Source of the DNA: Podarcis bocagei
Lineage: Eukaryota
NCBI GenBank assembly: GCA_964188305.1
Contig: OZ076886.1
Length of the DNA: 64,000 bases
Direction: 5' to 3' (one strand)
In this document: positions 61,451 to 64,000 of the stretch, piece after piece
Position numbering within the stretch: position 1 is the first letter of the stretch
Layout of the letters: the number at the start of each line of letters is the position of its first letter
Program-made: the position numbers and the translations under genes
Notes under the pieces: model-generated
Databases searched by the model: none
What the model saw: only the letters and a program-made list of their open reading frames with translations
Told to the model about the DNA's origin: nothing

Positions 61451-62579
61451 TTTTGTGTAAGTCAAGTACTCTACGAACTGACTAAATGTCCTCATTTCAA
61501 TTTTCTCTCACTTTCTTTTCATCATTACCGTAGTGAATAATGCTTTATATATCCCAGATCACTCATATACAACAAAGAATGGCTGTTTATAATGGATACA
61601 TGATTTAGCATGCAATTCTGTACTTGAGTGTTGGCTAAAGAACTATGAGATTTGGTGGAAGCCCCTTATCATCAGTGGAACTATCCAGACATGCCAGGGG
61701 AACACTTTGCAGGCAGAACAGCTCTAGCAGAGAAAATACACTGGCAGTGAAATGACTGGAATGGAGTGGAGTTGTGGGCAGTAAGGAGTAAGAGTCAGTT
61801 GCTGCAGAGAAGTCAGCATGCCTTTCACGTGGGTGAGAGGTTTGCTTGGGCCAGTACAAGTACAAACAGTTGTTGACACAGATGTTGCAGATTTCTCCCA
61901 GCTTCCCCCTTTGCAAGTGCATTAGTATGAAAATTAAAAGTTAACATTTCAGAATTGGGAGCTCTTTTCCAAGACCCCAATTAGCAAATCTTTTCATCCC
62001 CCAGGGCTACAATCTAATAATCAAAAAGCAAAACCAAGCCCCCCAACCTGATTTGATGAATCAGGAGAACAGCTTTAACCATTTTTTTTTTTTTTTTGCT
62101 TTGCACGGTAATTAAACACTTCAATTGCAATTATTTTTGCAATTAGATTAGTCTGTAATTGTTATCTTAGGTAGCAGGCCTTTTCATTTTCTTTTTTTAT
62201 TTGGGGGGGTCAGAATGATTTCCCATGGACTAGAATGGGAAGAAACTTCACAGATATTTTGAAGTCCTGCCCTTCCTAATTGCTAAGGGACTGATGGGAT
62301 CCATTATATCATACAGATGTTTCCAATAAGCTTCTTGCACCAGCACATTACCATTTCCTTGTAGTAGTAGGCATGAGATGCAATCCCTTTCCTTATGGGC
62401 TAAGCTGCATGCCCCATTATCTAAGCAACTTGTCTCACTGAGTAACAACAGTGCCTTGCCTTTATCTTGCATCCAGTCATCTATCCTACCCAGCATTTGA
62501 CATCCAGCCTGTCTGTGACTATGTCTCTTCCTTCTTGCCCTCCATACCTGTTTGCTTGATCTGGTACCTGATACACACA

Positions 62580-63853
62580 TCAGATTTGTGAACATCATTC
62601 AGCTCCTCCATGATAATATGACAGCAACAATCACAGATAACAGAGGCTCTCAAAGTGAACCATTCAAAGTGGGATCAGGTGTTAAACAGGGTTCTGTTAT
62701 ATCCCCAACTCTATTATTTTCATTGCCATGATCCTACACTTTGTTGAAGGGAAGAAGGTATAGGGTTATAAAGGCCAGGACTAGCCGCCTGAGAAACAGT
62801 TTCTACGCTAATGCAATTCTGGTTCTAAATGCAGCATAAGGGGTCTCTGTAGTATAGTGTATTTTAAAATGGGGTTTTAGAGTTTTTAGGGGGTTTTGAA
62901 TGTTTTATGTAGTTTTTATGTAGTTTTATGTAGTTTTTATGTAGTTTTATGTAGTTTTGTGGTAGTTTTATGTAGTTTTATGTAGTTTTTCAATTTCATT
63001 GTTCCGCAAGGGACAATGACAATAAAGATATCGTAATTGTAATCGTAATTGGAAACTCCCCACCAGAGTAGAAATCATATACTGAACATTGATGCCGAAA
63101 TCCAGCATCACCTGAGCTCTGCAAGTGCAGCTTTCTCCCGATTGAAGTGCAGAGTGTTTCAGGGCTGGGACATTCGCAGGGAAACCAATATGTTTATTTA
63201 CAAAGCTATTGTACTACCAACTTACTGTATGCTTGTGAAATGTGGACCACTTATAAATGCCATCTCCAACTCCTTGAAAGATTCCATCAATGGTGTCTCT
63301 GAAAATTTTTACATATCACTTAGGAAGACAGGCGAACCAATGCCGGTGTACTGGAAGAAGCAAAGATCACCAGTGTCAAAGCAATGATTCTTCAACATCA
63401 ACTTTGTTGGACTGGTCATGTTGTGCAGATGCCTGATTATCGTCTTCCAAAGCAACTACTTTATTCTGAACTTTTAAATGGTGTAAAGCTGTGTAATGCT
63501 GGTGGTCAACAAAAGAGGTTTAAAGACTCTCTCAAGGCAAATCTAAAAAAATGTAGTATAAACACTGACAACCGGGAAACACTGGCCTGCAGTTGGAGAA
63601 CAGCCTTTACCAAAGGTGTTGCAGACTTGGAAGATGCTCAAAAACAGGATGAAAGGGAGAAACATGCTAAGAGGAAGATACGTTTGGCAAACCCTCACCA
63701 TGATCAACTCCTGGCCAGAAACCTATGTCCCCACTGTGGAAGGATGTGTGGATCCAGAATTGGCCTCCACAGTCACTTACAGACTCACTGTTAAGACCCT
63801 GTTCATGGAAGACAATCTTACTTGGCTACGAGTGATCGCCAAAGAAGAAGAAG
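62580..63853 (+). mobile_element. RTE-clade LINE, 5'-truncated and internally deleted
   Basis: RFVNIIQLLHDNMTA...SEPFKVGSGVKQGSVISPTL, then NIDAEIQHHLSSASAAFSRL...RLPKQLLYSEL...CPHCGRMCGSRIGLHSHLQTH; (GAA)n tail. Confidence 0.92.
62754..63050 (+). mobile_element. Rex1/Babar-like LINE 3' end nested in the RTE
   Basis: Translates GRRYRVIKARTSRLRNSFYANAILVLNAA-stop; 3' UTR with gtagttttat repeats, caatgacaataaa and short (TCGTAA/TTGTAA) tail. Confidence 0.75.
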
Positions 63854-64000
63854 ACACACACCAACCTGTTCATGGCAATGTTTCTGGCCGATGTCCCATC
63901 ACCTTGTGCCAGACTCGAACTGAATCACAGTCTGTTGCAAGCTAGGCCCCAAGCCTGACAACGTGTGAGTTATTTTTCTGCACCTTCATTCAATGGCTGC

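Overview
Vertebrate (squamate, most likely lacertid lizard) genomic DNA. The assignment rests on multiple Sauria SINEs, a Bov-B 3' end with a (CAA)n tail, CR1/L2/RTE/RTE-X/Rex1/Penelope fragments and squamate-type palindromic hAT and Tc1/mariner MITEs. No complete protein-coding gene is present. The ORF-track entries that resemble real proteins are retroelement remnants, and the rest look spurious. The window reads as very large intron(s) of a + strand gene that I cannot name. Two well-bounded short exon candidates (31979-32022, 44 nt; 55600-55639, 40 nt) join in one open frame, and two good REST/RE1 sites (7107, 12032) suggest a neuronal host. Most notable observations: (1) an intact minimal type-I hammerhead ribozyme in a Penelope insertion, plus two decayed copies; (2) a full-length non-autonomous RTE derivative whose 5' UTR has a twister-like layout; (3) a ~110-bp tandem repeat in which Bov-B and its partner Sauria SINE occupy the same position in adjacent units; (4) an apparent gene-conversion tract between two MITEs 1500 bp apart; (5) a ~56-bp-arm hairpin; (6) several nested insertions with readable TSDs. 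I see no evidence for a new multi-gene system. All family assignments are by eye and from memory of consensus sequences, not from database searches.
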